In this document: piece after piece, positions 48,701 to 57,767 of the stretch
Layout of the letters: each line of letters starts with the position of its first letter
Position numbering within the stretch: the first letter of the stretch is position 1
Assembly (NCBI GenBank): GCA_900316565.1
Contig: ONDK01000010.1
Location: 15,129 to 79,128, forward strand
Length of the DNA: 64,000 bases
Source of the DNA: an uncultured Prevotella sp.
GTDB taxonomy: Bacteria; Bacteroidota; Bacteroidia; Bacteroidales; Bacteroidaceae
Reading direction: 5' to 3'
Position numbers and translations under genes: made by a program
Notes under the pieces: generated by a model
Database searches by the model: none
The model's input: only the letters and a program-made list of their open reading frames with translations
Told to the model about the DNA's origin: nothing

Positions 48701-48766
48701 CTCAACCATAATTGAACGATAAAAACATCATAGCGTTCACGTCATAAAAGAATAGTTCTCATACAG

Positions 48767-48807
48767 AAAAGGCCTAATAGTTACAACGCAACTATTAGGC
48801 CTTTTTT
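48767..48807. terminator. Bidirectional intrinsic terminator
   Basis: AAAAGGCCTAATAGTT-acaacgc-AACTATTAGGCCTTTT. Confidence 0.85.
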
Positions 48808-48864
48808 ATAACATGACTACAAAAAGAGTGGTTTCTGACTATTATCCAGGAATTATCTTAATTA

Positions 48865-49119
48865 CTATTTACTCATTCCCGAAAACACAAGATATAGAAT
48901 TGTCATCACTATGAATAGAACGGTTACGGCAATGAGAAACCAAATGGTAACTTTAAGATACATTGGTTTGTCGGACTTGCGCTTCACAGGGCGTTCAGGA
49001 GGTGTTACGACATTAGCCTTCGCACCACAGAACGGACAGATGGCATGAATGGTTTGACCGGGATTACCGTCAACCACATAGATGCGTCCGCAGTTATTAC
49101 ATGTTGTACTGTACTGCAT
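48865..49119 (-). CDS. Small zinc-ribbon protein with C-terminal TM anchor
   Basis: CNNC...CPFC; TM VTIWFLIAVTVLFIVMTILYLVF. Confidence 0.72.
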   Translation of the reverse strand: MQYSTTCNNCGRIYVVDGNPGQTIHAICPFCGAKANVVTPPERPVKRKSDKPMYLKVTIWFLIAVTVLFIVMTILYLVFSGMSK

Positions 49120-49189
49120 AAGTATTCTCGTTTTATATCATGACGAAGATTCCGCCACGGCAATCTGACATTAACCCAGACAATTGGAC

Positions 49190-49972
49190 TTATCTGAAGT
49201 CGTTTATTATTATCTTGTTCTTATACACGAAAGCCTCTATCTGTCGATATTCAGTCGTCCCGTGAGCAGAGAAACATACCTTGTACCAGTTATCATGATA
49301 GTGGGTTATATCGAAATGACCGGCAAAGTCGGGGAGATCACGTCTAACATCGCTTTCAGACTCAAACTGTGGACCAAGCAGTGGCCAGTCAATTTCACTG
49401 ATGCTGTCGGACTCCTCTTCATCGTCAACAGAGCTGGTCAGTTTGTTATAACACTTCTCTGAGATATTGTTGGCATAGCGATTGGGATCTCCATCACCAA
49501 AGAACCAGTCCTGATAGAACTCATTGAGGAAGGTCATCACGCTTCTTCTGTCGGCCTCTGCCTGTTGGGCGGCGCGTTCCTCCGACTCCTGTTGGTTACG
49601 AAGGGCCATCAGTGAGTCCATGTGTTCTTTCCGCATTTCCTCACGTTCTTCCAATGCCTGTTGGTCGTTCTTCTGTTTCTGTTGCCAGCCAAACCATGCC
49701 ACAATGCCAATAACAATGCCTAAGATGAAAGCGAGAAGGACGATAATGCCCTTGTTGTTTTTCTTCTTCAAAGGTTCCACTGGCTGTTGCGCATCTGGTA
49801 TGCCATTGGAGGCATAGCCATTGCCGGCAGGTGGGTTACCTCCATCGGCATGTGGCAGGCTGACGAGCATCTTATGTCCACAGTTAGGGCACGTGCTCCA
49901 TACCGACTGTCCGCCATCGGCCGTCAGACGGTACTGGTGTCCGCAGTTCTTACATGTTACTTTATATTCCAC
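49190..49972 (-). CDS. Zinc-ribbon, TM, coiled-coil, periplasmic-domain protein
   Basis: GTG start; CKNC...CPNC; TM GIIVLLAFILGIVIGIVAWFGW; Q/E-rich coiled coil; acidic C-terminal domain. Confidence 0.78.
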   Translation of the reverse strand: MEYKVTCKNCGHQYRLTADGGQSVWSTCPNCGHKMLVSLPHADGGNPPAGNGYASNGIPDAQQPVEPLKKKNNKGIIVLLAFILGIVIGIVAWFGWQQKQKNDQQALEEREEMRKEHMDSLMALRNQQESEERAAQQAEADRRSVMTFLNEFYQDWFFGDGDPNRYANNISEKCYNKLTSSVDDEEESDSISEIDWPLLGPQFESESDVRRDLPDFAGHFDITHYHDNWYKVCFSAHGTTEYRQIEAFVYKNKIIINDFR

Positions 49973-50075
49973 GATTCTTTTGAAATGTTTCTATTTGTTT
50001 AACTCTTACTTTCAGAAAGTCAGGAACAACGTGCAAGTCGTCGTCTCCAATCATAATAACTTATATATAATAATG

Positions 50076-50948
50076 TCAACCGAGGTACTTCATTAGAATT
50101 TTGGCATAGCCGCTGGTACGGAGCTTTTCTATGCTCTTCTCACGAATCTGGCGCACGCGCTCACGCGTCAGTCCCATCTCAGCGCCTATCTCCTCAAGAC
50201 CTTTCTCCTGAGTCTCTATGCCGAAACACTCCTTAACTATCTTGACCTCACGTGGTTTCAGGACTTTCTCCATCACCGCGTCAAGGTCGGTGGCCATCGA
50301 CTCATGGTCAACATGGCGGTCGGTGCGACTGTCATCACCGGAAGAAAGCAGGTCAGCCATAGAGTTGGTGTCATCGTCGGCAAAAGGAGCATCAATACTC
50401 ATGTGGTGATGGTCGGCCTTCATCGTCTGCTCGATTTTCTCCTCGTCGATATTAGTCAGCGAGGCTATCTCGTCGGCAGAAGGCTTACGTTGGTTCTTCT
50501 GCTCAAACTTCGCTATCTCACTGTTTATCCTTGCCAGCGCCCCTACCTGGTTGAGGGGCAGACGGACCATACGGCTCTGCTCGGCGATGGCCTGAAGGAT
50601 ACTCTGACGTATCCACCACACGGCATAGGATATAAACTTAAAGCCTCGTGTCTCGTCGAACTTCTCCGCCGCCTTCACAAGACCGATGTTTCCCTCATCA
50701 ATGAGGTCGGTAAGAGAAAGGCCCTGGTGCTGGTACTGCTTGGCCACACTGACGACGAAGCGCAGGTTGGCGGCAACAAGCCTGTCCTTGGCACGTTCTC
50801 CCTCCGGTCCACCGTTACGGATTTTCTGTGCCAGCTCTATCTCCTCGTCAAGCGACACCATTGGGATACGTCCTATCTCTACAAGATACTTGTCGAGCGA
50901 CTCACTGTTTCGGCTCGTTATGCTCTTTGAAATCTTTAATTGTCTCAT
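50076..50948 (-). CDS. RpoD/SigA-like sigma-70 factor (Bacteroidetes type, no region 1.1), probably a second paralog
   Basis: Start MRQLKISKSIT (50948); ANLRFVVSVAKQY, DLIDEGNIGL, RGFKFISYAVWWIRQ, LTRERVRQI. Confidence 0.92.
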   Translation of the reverse strand: MRQLKISKSITSRNSESLDKYLVEIGRIPMVSLDEEIELAQKIRNGGPEGERAKDRLVAANLRFVVSVAKQYQHQGLSLTDLIDEGNIGLVKAAEKFDETRGFKFISYAVWWIRQSILQAIAEQSRMVRLPLNQVGALARINSEIAKFEQKNQRKPSADEIASLTNIDEEKIEQTMKADHHHMSIDAPFADDDTNSMADLLSSGDDSRTDRHVDHESMATDLDAVMEKVLKPREVKIVKECFGIETQEKGLEEIGAEMGLTRERVRQIREKSIEKLRTSGYAKILMKYLG

Positions 50949-50982
50949 AACTTGATTGTCATTCCTTTCTGACTTTATACAA

Positions 50983-50998
50983 TGCAAAAACTATACCA
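50983..50998 (-). promoter_or_regulatory. Putative sigma54 (-24/-12) promoter TGGTATAGTTTTTGCA
   Basis: GG-N10-GC spacing (TGGTAT-N5-TTGCA) 35 bp upstream of the sigma gene ATG; no exact TAnnTTTG box seen there. Confidence 0.6.
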
Positions 50999-51063
50999 CA
51001 ATTGTCTCTCACCTCTTTTAGCGCAAGACCGTTGCGGACTACTTGCAGCCACAAGTCCTATGG

Positions 51064-51909
51064 CTAAAGGGTCGTCGTCGGAGGCTGTACGTTGTTGATG
51101 AAACTTAATGCGGCACCAATGGCCGTACAGAACTCACTGTATTTCGGAATGATGAAATGCACGTCATAGACCTTTTCCATCATCGGGAAGACATATTTGC
51201 ACTGTGGAAGCAGAGTGAGGTTGCCAATGAGAACGAAGTCGCGCACACCACTGCCGTTGGCACTGAGGATAGCCGCCGAGCCCACTGCCTGCAACACCAT
51301 ATATATAAGTCCTATGGCTATGTCCTCCCGAGGAGCATTGCCTTGGGCATTGGCAAATAGCGATGCCGTGGCATCCATGGGAAGGCCTGGCAGGGCCTTG
51401 GCCGAGATGTCGCGGATAAGCAGGTTGATATGTGAGATATGCCCCTGAAGAGCAAGTGACGTTATTTGCTTCACATCGTCAGTTTTCAGCAAAAGACGTG
51501 AAAGACCACTCAACGTTCCGCCACCAATGCCTATTCCTCCGATATGATGGATGTCCTTTCCGTTACAGCGCACAAGTGATGTGCCGGTGCCCATTGACAC
51601 CACTATCATATCGTTGAGGTGGCTCTCATACTGTGCTCCAAGACCATCGGCGATGAACTCCTCGGCACGCGCCGTGGGCACGCCATAGACCGGTTTGTCT
51701 ATATAAGCCGAACCCACTCCGGTAATCATGACCTTCTCTACATCCTCAAGGGCTATCTTGTTATCGTAAAGATACTTACCGAAAGCTCCATAAAGAGAAG
51801 TGACAGGGTCTGTGGCCTTGACGCGAAGGGGTTTGATGACTTTTCCGTCGCGAATTCCTACAATCTTTGTGGTCGAAATGCCCACGTCTATTCCTATAAC
51901 GATTTTCAT
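51064..51909 (-). CDS. coaW: Type II pantothenate kinase (Fumble family)
   Basis: GIDVGISTTK, TGVGS, EF.A.G.G, VSMGTGTS, GIGGGT, AIGA. Confidence 0.82.
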   Translation of the reverse strand: MKIVIGIDVGISTTKIVGIRDGKVIKPLRVKATDPVTSLYGAFGKYLYDNKIALEDVEKVMITGVGSAYIDKPVYGVPTARAEEFIADGLGAQYESHLNDMIVVSMGTGTSLVRCNGKDIHHIGGIGIGGGTLSGLSRLLLKTDDVKQITSLALQGHISHINLLIRDISAKALPGLPMDATASLFANAQGNAPREDIAIGLIYMVLQAVGSAAILSANGSGVRDFVLIGNLTLLPQCKYVFPMMEKVYDVHFIIPKYSEFCTAIGAALSFINNVQPPTTTL

Positions 51910-52077
51910 ATATATAAAAGATGTCTATCTGCTAAATCGTCCGCAAAGTTAAAAGAAATGTAAGACAATGCAAAATAAAAGGCAAAAAAAACAAAATATA
52001 TTTCCGTATTTCATTGATTATTAGTAATTTTGCAGTCCGTTAAGAATTAGGATAATAAAATTTCAAATCAAAACAAA

Positions 52078-52356
52078 ATGACAAAAGCAGATATCATCAA
52101 CGAGATTTCCTCAAATACTGGTATTTCAAAGAAAGATGTGTCAGCAGTTGTAGAAGGGTTCATGGAGAGCATAAAGAACAGCCTTCTCAGCGAGAAAGAA
52201 AACGTATACCTGCGTGGTTTCGGCAGTTTTATCATCAAGCACCGTGCCGCTAAGACTGCCCGCAATATTTCGAAGAACACTACCATAACGATTCCAGCTC
52301 ACGACTATCCAGCATTCAAGCCGGCAAAGACGTTCATTGAGGATCTGAAGAAATAA
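52078..52356 (+). CDS. hup: HU/IHF DNA-binding protein
   Basis: MTKADII, VYLRGFGSF, RAAKTARNI, PAFKP; TAATTTTG -7 box at 52025. Confidence 0.92.
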   Translation: MTKADIINEISSNTGISKKDVSAVVEGFMESIKNSLLSEKENVYLRGFGSFIIKHRAAKTARNISKNTTITIPAHDYPAFKPAKTFIEDLKK

Positions 52357-52404
52357 GATTTAATTTAAACATATAATAAACAATAATTTTAAAATTTTAA
52401 AGCA

Positions 52405-52494
52405 ATGCCAAACGGAAGAAAGAAAAAGGGACACAAGATGGCTACGCACAAGCGTAAAAAGAGATTAAGAAAGAACAGACATAAGAGCAAGTAA
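52405..52494 (+). CDS. Small basic ribosomal protein, bS22/COX24(mS38)-like, 29 aa
   Basis: Hand translation MPNGRKKKGHKMATHKRKKRLRKNRHKSK*; A-rich translation initiation region; lies between hup and RNase E/G. Confidence 0.82.
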   Translation: MPNGRKKKGHKMATHKRKKRLRKNRHKSK

Positions 52495-52534
52495 GCCCCC
52501 GAAAGGAGGCTATTGTAAAGTCTGTTCAGGACAG

Positions 52535-52599
52535 TGGGGCGTGTCTTCGCACGAAGCTCCTTTCCCTGGGGGCGCGATGACAAGCTCCATTTTTTATTT
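52535..52599 (+). terminator. Long stem-loop with U tract upstream of the RNase E/G gene
   Basis: GGGGCGTGTCTTCGC pairs with GCGATGACAAGCTCC (2 mismatches), followed by ATTTTTTATTT. Confidence 0.55.
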
Positions 52600-52615
52600 A
52601 AGATAGACAAGAAAG

Positions 52616-54190
52616 ATGACTAGTGAAATAATTATTGACGCACAACCGAAGAACATCTCCATTGCTCTGCTTGAGGACAAGCGGCTGGTGGAGTATCAGA
52701 ACGAACCGCGTGAGGCCAGTTTCTCGGTTGGCAACATCTACATCGCAAAGGTCAAGAAGCTTATGCCGGGACTCAATGCGTGCTTCGTAGATGTGGGTTA
52801 TGAACGTGACGCCTTTCTTCATTATCTTGACTTAGGAAGTCAATTCGACTCTTACCAGAAGTATCTGAAGCAGGTACAAAGCGACCGGAAACGACTTTAT
52901 CCATTCAATAAGGCAACACACCTGCCTGACCTGAAGAAAGACGGAAGCATACAGAACGCTCTGCAGGCAGGCCAGGAGGTGATGGTGCAAGTAGTTAAAG
53001 AACCCATTTCGACCAAGGGACCGAGACTGACGGGTGAAATATCATTCGCAGGACGGTACCTGGTGCTTATTCCTTTCAGCGATAAAGTCAGTGTCTCGTC
53101 AAAAATCAAAAGCGGTGAGGAGCGTGCCAGACTAAAGCAGCTCATAAGGAGCATAAAGCCCAAGAACTTCGGAGTTATTGTCAGAACTGTTGCCGAAGGC
53201 AAGAGGGTCGCGGAACTGGACGCAGAGATGAAAATCCTCGTCAACAGATGGACAGAGGCCATTACAAAAGTTCAGAAGACCCAGCAGCGCCCACAGCTTA
53301 TATACGAGGAGACAGGACGCGCCGTGGCAATGCTTCGCGACCTCTTCAATCCCACCTACAAGAACATCTACGTCAACGACGACGAGATTTGCGCGGCAGT
53401 CCGCAACTATGTCACCCTTATAGCCCCAGACAAGGCCGACATAGTGAAGAGATATACCGGCAAGGTGCCTATCTTCGATAACTTCGACGTTACAAAGCAG
53501 ATAAAGTCGAGCTTCGGAACGACCGTAAACTATGGACACGGATGCTATCTTATTATTGAGCACACCGAGGCCATGCATGTCGTAGATGTCAACAGCGGAA
53601 ACAGGACAAAGGAGAAGGAGCAGGAGCAGAATGCCCTTGACACCAACTTAGGGGCCGCTGATGAGCTGGCAAGACAACTTCGTCTCCGCGATATGGGTGG
53701 CATAATAGTGGTCGACTTTATTGACATGAACCTCGCCGAAGACCGTCAGATGCTTTATGAGCGTATGTGTAAGGATATGCAGAAGGACCGTGCCCGGCAC
53801 AATATCCTTCCGCTAAGCAAGTTCGGCCTTATGCAGATAACCCGTCAGCGTGTGCGTCCGGCTATGGACGTGAACGTTGAAGAGGAATGCCCTACATGCC
53901 TTGGAACGGGAAAGATCAAGGCCAGTATCTTATTTACTGACCAGTTGGAGAGGAAAATTGACAGATTAGTCAACAAGATTGGCGTAAAGAAATTCTATTT
54001 GCACGTCCATCCGTATGTCGCCGCTTACATCGACAAGGGACTTGTCTCCCTTAACTGGAGATGGAAGATGAAATATGGCTTTGGAGTTCATATAGTCCCA
54101 TCGCAGAAACTGGCAATGTTGCAGTATGAGTTCTACGATAAAGACGGCAACTTCATTGACATGAAAGAGGAAACGGACGGGAAAAGCTAA
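52616..54190 (+). CDS. rng: Ribonuclease E/G family
   Basis: S1 domain VGNIYIAKV, KEPISTKGPRLT, DVNSG, RLRDMGGIIVVDFIDM, CPTCLGTG. Confidence 0.93.
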   Translation: MTSEIIIDAQPKNISIALLEDKRLVEYQNEPREASFSVGNIYIAKVKKLMPGLNACFVDVGYERDAFLHYLDLGSQFDSYQKYLKQVQSDRKRLYPFNKATHLPDLKKDGSIQNALQAGQEVMVQVVKEPISTKGPRLTGEISFAGRYLVLIPFSDKVSVSSKIKSGEERARLKQLIRSIKPKNFGVIVRTVAEGKRVAELDAEMKILVNRWTEAITKVQKTQQRPQLIYEETGRAVAMLRDLFNPTYKNIYVNDDEICAAVRNYVTLIAPDKADIVKRYTGKVPIFDNFDVTKQIKSSFGTTVNYGHGCYLIIEHTEAMHVVDVNSGNRTKEKEQEQNALDTNLGAADELARQLRLRDMGGIIVVDFIDMNLAEDRQMLYERMCKDMQKDRARHNILPLSKFGLMQITRQRVRPAMDVNVEEECPTCLGTGKIKASILFTDQLERKIDRLVNKIGVKKFYLHVHPYVAAYIDKGLVSLNWRWKMKYGFGVHIVPSQKLAMLQYEFYDKDGNFIDMKEETDGKS

Positions 54191-54246
54191 CAGGGCAAAT
54201 GGAGTTTCCATTAATCCTTTTATGGAAATGTAAGCTTAGAAAAACA

Positions 54247-54294
54247 AAAGAGCACCCTGCATATGGCTTATAACCATTTGCAGGGTGCTTTTTT
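54247..54294. terminator. Bidirectional intrinsic terminator
   Basis: AAAGAGCACCCTGCA.ATGG...CCAT.TGCAGGGTGCTTTTT between convergent genes. Confidence 0.82.
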
Positions 54295-54412
54295 ATATTC
54301 ATAAGCTTACTCTGTCCGGCTGTTCCAATAAAACTAATAGGACCCTAGATGGACATACCGATTAATCAATATAGTCTCACTGGACATACTGATTGATTCA
54401 ATAAGGCCCGAC

Positions 54413-56578
54413 CTATTGCACTACCTTATACCGTATTCTGAAGCTATGGGTCTCCTCATCCCAATTGGTTCCAAGAAGCACGAACCGGCCAATCTGTGAT
54501 GTTGTGCGAACATGCTTACCGAGACACGGACACACATCATAGTCGCCGATACGGACCAGACGGATGGTATCACCGGCATCCTCGGGTAGACGGTTCACAT
54601 CGATGCCCTCCGGAATATGATTACGGTCAACAAACTCATAAGTCACCGGCATGTCAAGTTGGATAAGACGGTTCATCTCATCCTCAATGGCTTTTTCTTC
54701 TTTACGGCTTGGCTTATGGTCAAGGATATATGAGATCTTGCTCTTCCGGCGTTCTATATGGGCGTTGTTGCTTCTCTGACAGCCAAACATACGATGCATG
54801 AGCTGATTAAGCAGATGCTCGGCGGTGTGAGCTGGCGGGAACTCGTCCTTGTTGTGTACGTTAAGCACGTATTCATTTGCCTCTGACATAATCTTGAATT
54901 TATAGATTCTTCCACTATATGGCGGTACATCTGCAGGCAGAAGACCATTCCTTTTAAGATTGAGACATTGTGTCTCACCGGTCAGCATGTCAACGGCCTC
55001 AACAGGCCTTTCCGGCAATTGGAGGAAATCGAAGGCGTGGTCAGGAATGGCAACCTGGCATTTTGCTTCGGTATCACCGAAATTGGCAACAACGAACAGG
55101 ACATCATCATCACACTTACGCATGAAAGCATACTGTGCATGTGGCGAGAAGTGGTCGCTGTAGCCGTTCACATACATAAGGTCAAAGGTCTGTCCTTCGA
55201 AGACAGCCTTCTCATGACCGGCAATACGCAGGATCTTCTGATATAACGTTTCTATCCTGTGTTCGTCGGGAGTAAGACGACTGCGGTCCCAATAGCCATG
55301 GTATATGCTGCTGACTGTCCAATAGTCGAAGATGGTGGTACGTCCGTCGCATCCTGAGAACCCTTCATGGTCCATTCCCTTCTCGCCAAACTCCTGCCCG
55401 GCATAAATCATTATCGGGTTTTGTTTAAGCAGAGCAGCCACTATCAGAGCCGGAATGCCTTTCATGCCGTCACCGGCAAAGAAATAAGAACCTATACGCT
55501 GCTCATCATGATTTTCCAGGAAGTAGAGCATGTGGTCGGCGATATCGTCGGTAAGCTGCCACTCACGCGTGATGGCTGAGGCCGGACGCTGATGGCATGT
55601 AACGCCACGCAGACAGTCATACATACCCACCTTGTCATAGAGATAGTCGAAACCGCTGGCCACGTACATCCTATACTGTGCAGTGTCGTAGACCTCTCCT
55701 ATAAAGATAATGTTCGGATAACGTTCCTTCACCTTATCTGTGGCATACTTCCAGAACTCATGCGGCACCATCTCCGCCATATCGCAGCGGAAGCCGTTTA
55801 TACCTTTTGATGCCCAGAAGAGAAGGATGTCGGTCATCTTCTTCCACGTATCAGGCACGGGGTCGTAATGATAGCTCCGCCCACCGGCGTCGGTATAGTC
55901 GACACCATAGTTAAGCTTCACGGTCTCATACCAGTCGTTTTGCTGTGGATGAGAGTCGAAGCGGTCGTTACCGGTACATTTCGCCGGTGTCTCTTCATAA
56001 GGTGGGAGGCCAAGCTGCTGGGCTACCGGTGTGTTGACAGCACTGAGGTCAAGGCTCTCACCGGGACAATAATAGAAGTTGTTCTGCGCATCGAAGTGCT
56101 TTCCCTTATCGTCATCCTGTCCAAGATCGCGGACGCCTTCCGGATGACAGATACTTTTATACTCACGTGCCACATGATTCGGAACGAAGTCTATGATGAC
56201 CTTCAGACCATTCTGATGAGTTCGCTCTACAAGTTCTTCAAATTCCCTCATCCTGTCGGGCACAGAAACCGCAAGGTCAGGGTCTATGTCGTAATAGTCG
56301 GTAATGGAATAAGGAGAGCCCGCAAGACCTTTGACGACCTCCGGATGCTGGCGAGGGATACCATAACGCGAATAATCAGTACATGTGGCATGACGGATAA
56401 CGCCCGTATACCATACATAGGTAATGCCCAGCTGCCTTATCTGGCGCAGCTGAGCACTCTGAATGTCGTTCATCTTCCCTACACCATTGTCGGCAATAGT
56501 ACCCCACTCCTTCCGGGTGGTATTCTTATTACCGAACAACCGTGTAAAGACTTGGTATATAATTATCCTTTTCTTCAC
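54413..56578 (-). CDS. GH13 alpha-glucosidase/amylase-family protein fused to a C-terminal AlaX/tRNA_SAD-like domain
   Basis: GH13 motifs DFVPNH, GFRCDMAE, IGEVY, LENHDEQR; C-terminal HTAEHLL and CPCLGKHV. Confidence 0.88.
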   Translation of the reverse strand: MKKRIIIYQVFTRLFGNKNTTRKEWGTIADNGVGKMNDIQSAQLRQIRQLGITYVWYTGVIRHATCTDYSRYGIPRQHPEVVKGLAGSPYSITDYYDIDPDLAVSVPDRMREFEELVERTHQNGLKVIIDFVPNHVAREYKSICHPEGVRDLGQDDDKGKHFDAQNNFYYCPGESLDLSAVNTPVAQQLGLPPYEETPAKCTGNDRFDSHPQQNDWYETVKLNYGVDYTDAGGRSYHYDPVPDTWKKMTDILLFWASKGINGFRCDMAEMVPHEFWKYATDKVKERYPNIIFIGEVYDTAQYRMYVASGFDYLYDKVGMYDCLRGVTCHQRPASAITREWQLTDDIADHMLYFLENHDEQRIGSYFFAGDGMKGIPALIVAALLKQNPIMIYAGQEFGEKGMDHEGFSGCDGRTTIFDYWTVSSIYHGYWDRSRLTPDEHRIETLYQKILRIAGHEKAVFEGQTFDLMYVNGYSDHFSPHAQYAFMRKCDDDVLFVVANFGDTEAKCQVAIPDHAFDFLQLPERPVEAVDMLTGETQCLNLKRNGLLPADVPPYSGRIYKFKIMSEANEYVLNVHNKDEFPPAHTAEHLLNQLMHRMFGCQRSNNAHIERRKSKISYILDHKPSRKEEKAIEDEMNRLIQLDMPVTYEFVDRNHIPEGIDVNRLPEDAGDTIRLVRIGDYDVCPCLGKHVRTTSQIGRFVLLGTNWDEETHSFRIRYKVVQ

Positions 56579-56589
56579 TTAATCAATAT

Positions 56590-57477
56590 TTATTGAATTC
56601 CATGAGCATTGACAGAACGGTCTATACGTCCTATCATTCCCTGAAGCGCACGACCCGGACCACACTCGATGAACTCGTCAGCACCATCAGCAATCATATT
56701 CTGCACACTCTTTGTCCACATCACGCTGTGTGTGAGCTGTGCGATAAGGTTTGCTTTGATTTCTGCAGGATCGGTATGTGGCTTTGCATCGACATTCTGA
56801 TATACCGGGCATTTTGGCTGATGAATCTCCGTTGCCTCAATGGCTTTCTGAAGCTCATCCTTTGCCGGCTGCATGAGTGGAGAATGGAAAGCACCACCAA
56901 CGCGGAGCGGAAGAGCACGCTTTGCACCAGCTTCCTTAAGCTTCTCGCAAGCAGCCTCAATGCCTTCCTTGGAACCGGAGATAACCAGCTGACCAGGGCA
57001 GTTGTAGTTTGCAGGCACAACAATGTTACCACCATCGGAGACCTCCTTGCAAATCTCCTCCACCTTCTCATCAGGAAGAGCGATAATCGCTGCCATGGTA
57101 CCTGGATTCTTCTCGCAGGCTTTCTGCATTGCGTTGGCACGTGCGGCCACGAGTTTCAGACCATCCTCGAAGGAAAGGGCTCCTGCTGCCACAAGGGCTG
57201 AGAACTCTCCAAGTGAATGACCGGCGGTCATATCAGGCTTGAACTCGTCACCGAGGCACAGAGCGGAGATAACGCTGTGAAGGAATACGGCAGGCTGTGT
57301 CACCTTCGTCTCCTTGAGCTGATCGTCAGTGCCGGCAAACATAATATCTGTAATCTTGAAACCTAACACCTCATCAGCCTTATCGAAGAGTTCCTTTGCC
57401 AATGGATTATTGTCGTACAGGTCCTTGCCCATACCTACGAACTGGGAGCCTTGCCCAGGGAATACAAATGCTTTCAT
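56590..57477 (-). CDS. fabD: Malonyl-CoA:ACP transacylase
   Basis: FPGQGSQ, TQPA, GHSLGEFSAL, NYNCPGQLVISG, GAFHSPLM. Confidence 0.96.
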   Translation of the reverse strand: MKAFVFPGQGSQFVGMGKDLYDNNPLAKELFDKADEVLGFKITDIMFAGTDDQLKETKVTQPAVFLHSVISALCLGDEFKPDMTAGHSLGEFSALVAAGALSFEDGLKLVAARANAMQKACEKNPGTMAAIIALPDEKVEEICKEVSDGGNIVVPANYNCPGQLVISGSKEGIEAACEKLKEAGAKRALPLRVGGAFHSPLMQPAKDELQKAIEATEIHQPKCPVYQNVDAKPHTDPAEIKANLIAQLTHSVMWTKSVQNMIADGADEFIECGPGRALQGMIGRIDRSVNAHGIQ

Positions 57478-57678
57478 TATTTGTTTATTCTTTCAATTTG
57501 TTTGACAATACTAATTAAACGCCTGCAAGTCTATTACCAATATATGTCATAGGCCTTTAAGCATTTGCAAAGATAATACAAAGAAGTGAGATTTCAAAGG
57601 AAAACCATAACTTTCTTCCTATCCAATACAATGCTAAGTTGTTGGCAGCCAAACATATCTCAGACGGGGAACAGGCAC

Positions 57679-57722
57679 AAAAAAAAATCCCAAGCGTCTC
57701 TAACGAAACGATTGGGATTTCT
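57679..57722 (-). terminator. Terminator of rpsF-rpsR-rplI
   Basis: AAATCCCAA.CGT...ACG.TTGGGATTT stem with a long T run on the minus strand. Confidence 0.75.
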
Positions 57723-57767
57723 TATATCATATTGTATTAGAAAAAATCTAATGACAATTCTTTATCC

